DNA from: Basidiobolus meristosporus CBS 931.73
Lineage: Eukaryota; Fungi; Basidiobolomycota
NCBI GenBank assembly: GCA_002104905.1
Contig: MCFE01000445.1
Span: 1-64,000, forward strand
DNA length: 64,000 nucleotides
Direction: 5' to 3'
Shown: piece after piece, positions 62,791-64,000 of the stretch
Layout of the letters: each line of letters begins with the position of its first letter
How positions within the stretch are numbered: the first letter of the stretch is position 1
Translations under genes and position numbers: made by a program
The notes under the pieces: model-generated
Told to the model about the DNA's origin: nothing
The model's database searches: none
What the model saw: the letters and a program-made list of their open reading frames with translations, nothing else

Positions 62791-63283
62791 CTGTCAATAT
62801 TATACCATTGAATATATCATTTCATAAAAACAACGAAATATTTGGGCCTATGTGAGCCCCGGATCTTATGCATAAATGCACTTAACTAGCTAGAATGTCT
62901 ACAGAGTAAACCAAAAATCCACTTGGGTTATGCGGTCGGAATTTTTCATACCACAGCCTAAAATATCAGGATTGGAGTGTCGAAGTATTGCCGAAAGCTC
63001 GGGCTCGCAGAAATTCAGAGTAGCAGTCGCATCAAACGTCATTGCTGGGTTAGGCTCTTTTAATTGGCCGAATTGCACAGGGCATGAGACAGCTCATCGA
63101 TGGCGAAATCAAATGTGCCAGTCTCCTTCTATCTCGGCGTTGTCAAAGCTTGCCATGTTTGCTTATTTTCCACAGTAACTTGTGGTTTTTTCGACTACAC
63201 TTCCGCAGTTGGCTATCCCTCGTACATATATCTCAAACCCGCTCTACCCCACTCCTTACACTCACAGTAACTGCATTCCAATC

Positions 63284-64000
63284 ATGCCACAAAAGATCCT
63301 CGTCGTCTTTGGAGCCACCGGCCAGCAAGGTGGCTCTGTGGTTGACTACGTACTCAACGACCCAGATCTCTCTCGCCAGTTCAAAGTCCGGGCCATTACT
63401 CGTGACGCCTCCAAGCCAGCTGCACAAGCTCTCGTTTCTAAGGGTGCTCAGGTAGTCGAAGCCGATGTGGATGATAGCGCAGCTGTCCAAAATGCACTCC
63501 AAGGTGCTCACACTGTCTTCTCCGTCACTTTGACCGTCTATGATGATAAACTCCGTGATCGCGAACTGACTCAAGGAAAGTGGATTGGTGACGCAGCAGT
63601 TCAAGCCGGAGCTCAATACCTGATCTATAGCACTTTGCCACATGCCACAGCCTTGACTCATGGCAAGTACAAATACCTGGGCCATTTCGATGTCAAGTAT
63701 GATATTGAACAGTACATTCGTACCCTGCCCATCAAATCTGCCTTCTTTGCCCCGGGATCATTCATGCAAAATTATGTCACTGCGATGGCCCCTCGCCCTG
63801 TAGGTGATGGCAGCTATGCATTGTCTAGTATAGCATCTAAGGACTCTCTGGTGCCCCTGATTGAGATAGCTTCAGATACGGGCAAGTACGTGGGAGCTAT
63901 CTTAGCTGAGCCCGACAAGTACGAGGGTAAAGTGTTCTCAGCCTCCACCAAGCTGTATACATATGAGCAAATTGCTGACGCGCTTAGTCACGCAACGGGA
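63284..64000 (+). CDS. NmrA-like (HSCARG-type) NAD(P)-binding protein, 3'-partial at window end
   Basis: MPQKILVVFGATGQQGGSVVDYVL..KVRAITRD..VEADVDD..GAHTVF..IYSTLP..HFDVKYDIEQYIR..FFAPGSFMQN..DTGKYVGAIL. The frame is open and intronless to base 64000. Confidence 0.93.
   Translation, partial: MPQKILVVFGATGQQGGSVVDYVLNDPDLSRQFKVRAITRDASKPAAQALVSKGAQVVEADVDDSAAVQNALQGAHTVFSVTLTVYDDKLRDRELTQGKWIGDAAVQAGAQYLIYSTLPHATALTHGKYKYLGHFDVKYDIEQYIRTLPIKSAFFAPGSFMQNYVTAMAPRPVGDGSYALSSIASKDSLVPLIEIASDTGKYVGAILAEPDKYEGKVFSASTKLYTYEQIADALSHATG

Overview
This is eukaryotic nuclear DNA, most likely from an early-diverging (non-Dikarya) fungus. The assignment is inferred from 50-70 bp GT-AG introns with CTAAC/CTGAC-like branch sites, fungal-type Pcl, Mam3, Bpl1 and Cdc4 proteins, and a DHCR24-type sterol reductase; no database search was possible. 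Two CpG-depleted transposon islands (about 1-8.6 kb and 53.1-59.8 kb) hold one Ty1/copia family and one CACTA-like family. The copia family has a full-length, mutated element at 53097-57762 (TSD GCATC, half-tRNA-iMet PBS) plus nested fragments and six further LTR copies. The CACTA-like family has a transposase fossil and a 320-bp MITE with a CAA TSD. Between the islands lie conserved genes: NTM1, NNR1, PEX11, WDR5, a Pcl cyclin, a 4-finger C2H2 factor, MAM3, DHCR24, BPL1 and CDC4. Several small spliced genes are missing from the ORF track, and long intergenic stretches contain decayed coding-like sequence. The right end carries an intronless, prokaryote-like GNAT, an OPT-transporter pseudogene and an NmrA-family gene that runs off the window. 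The best novelty candidates are a 90-aa three-exon microprotein made almost only of an uncharacterised conserved fungal motif, the GNAT (possible horizontal transfer), an 82-aa prepro-peptide-like gene, intronless DHCR24, and the TE-restricted CpG decay. Exon coordinates were worked out by hand and may be off by a few bases. Family similarities come from motif recognition, not from searches.
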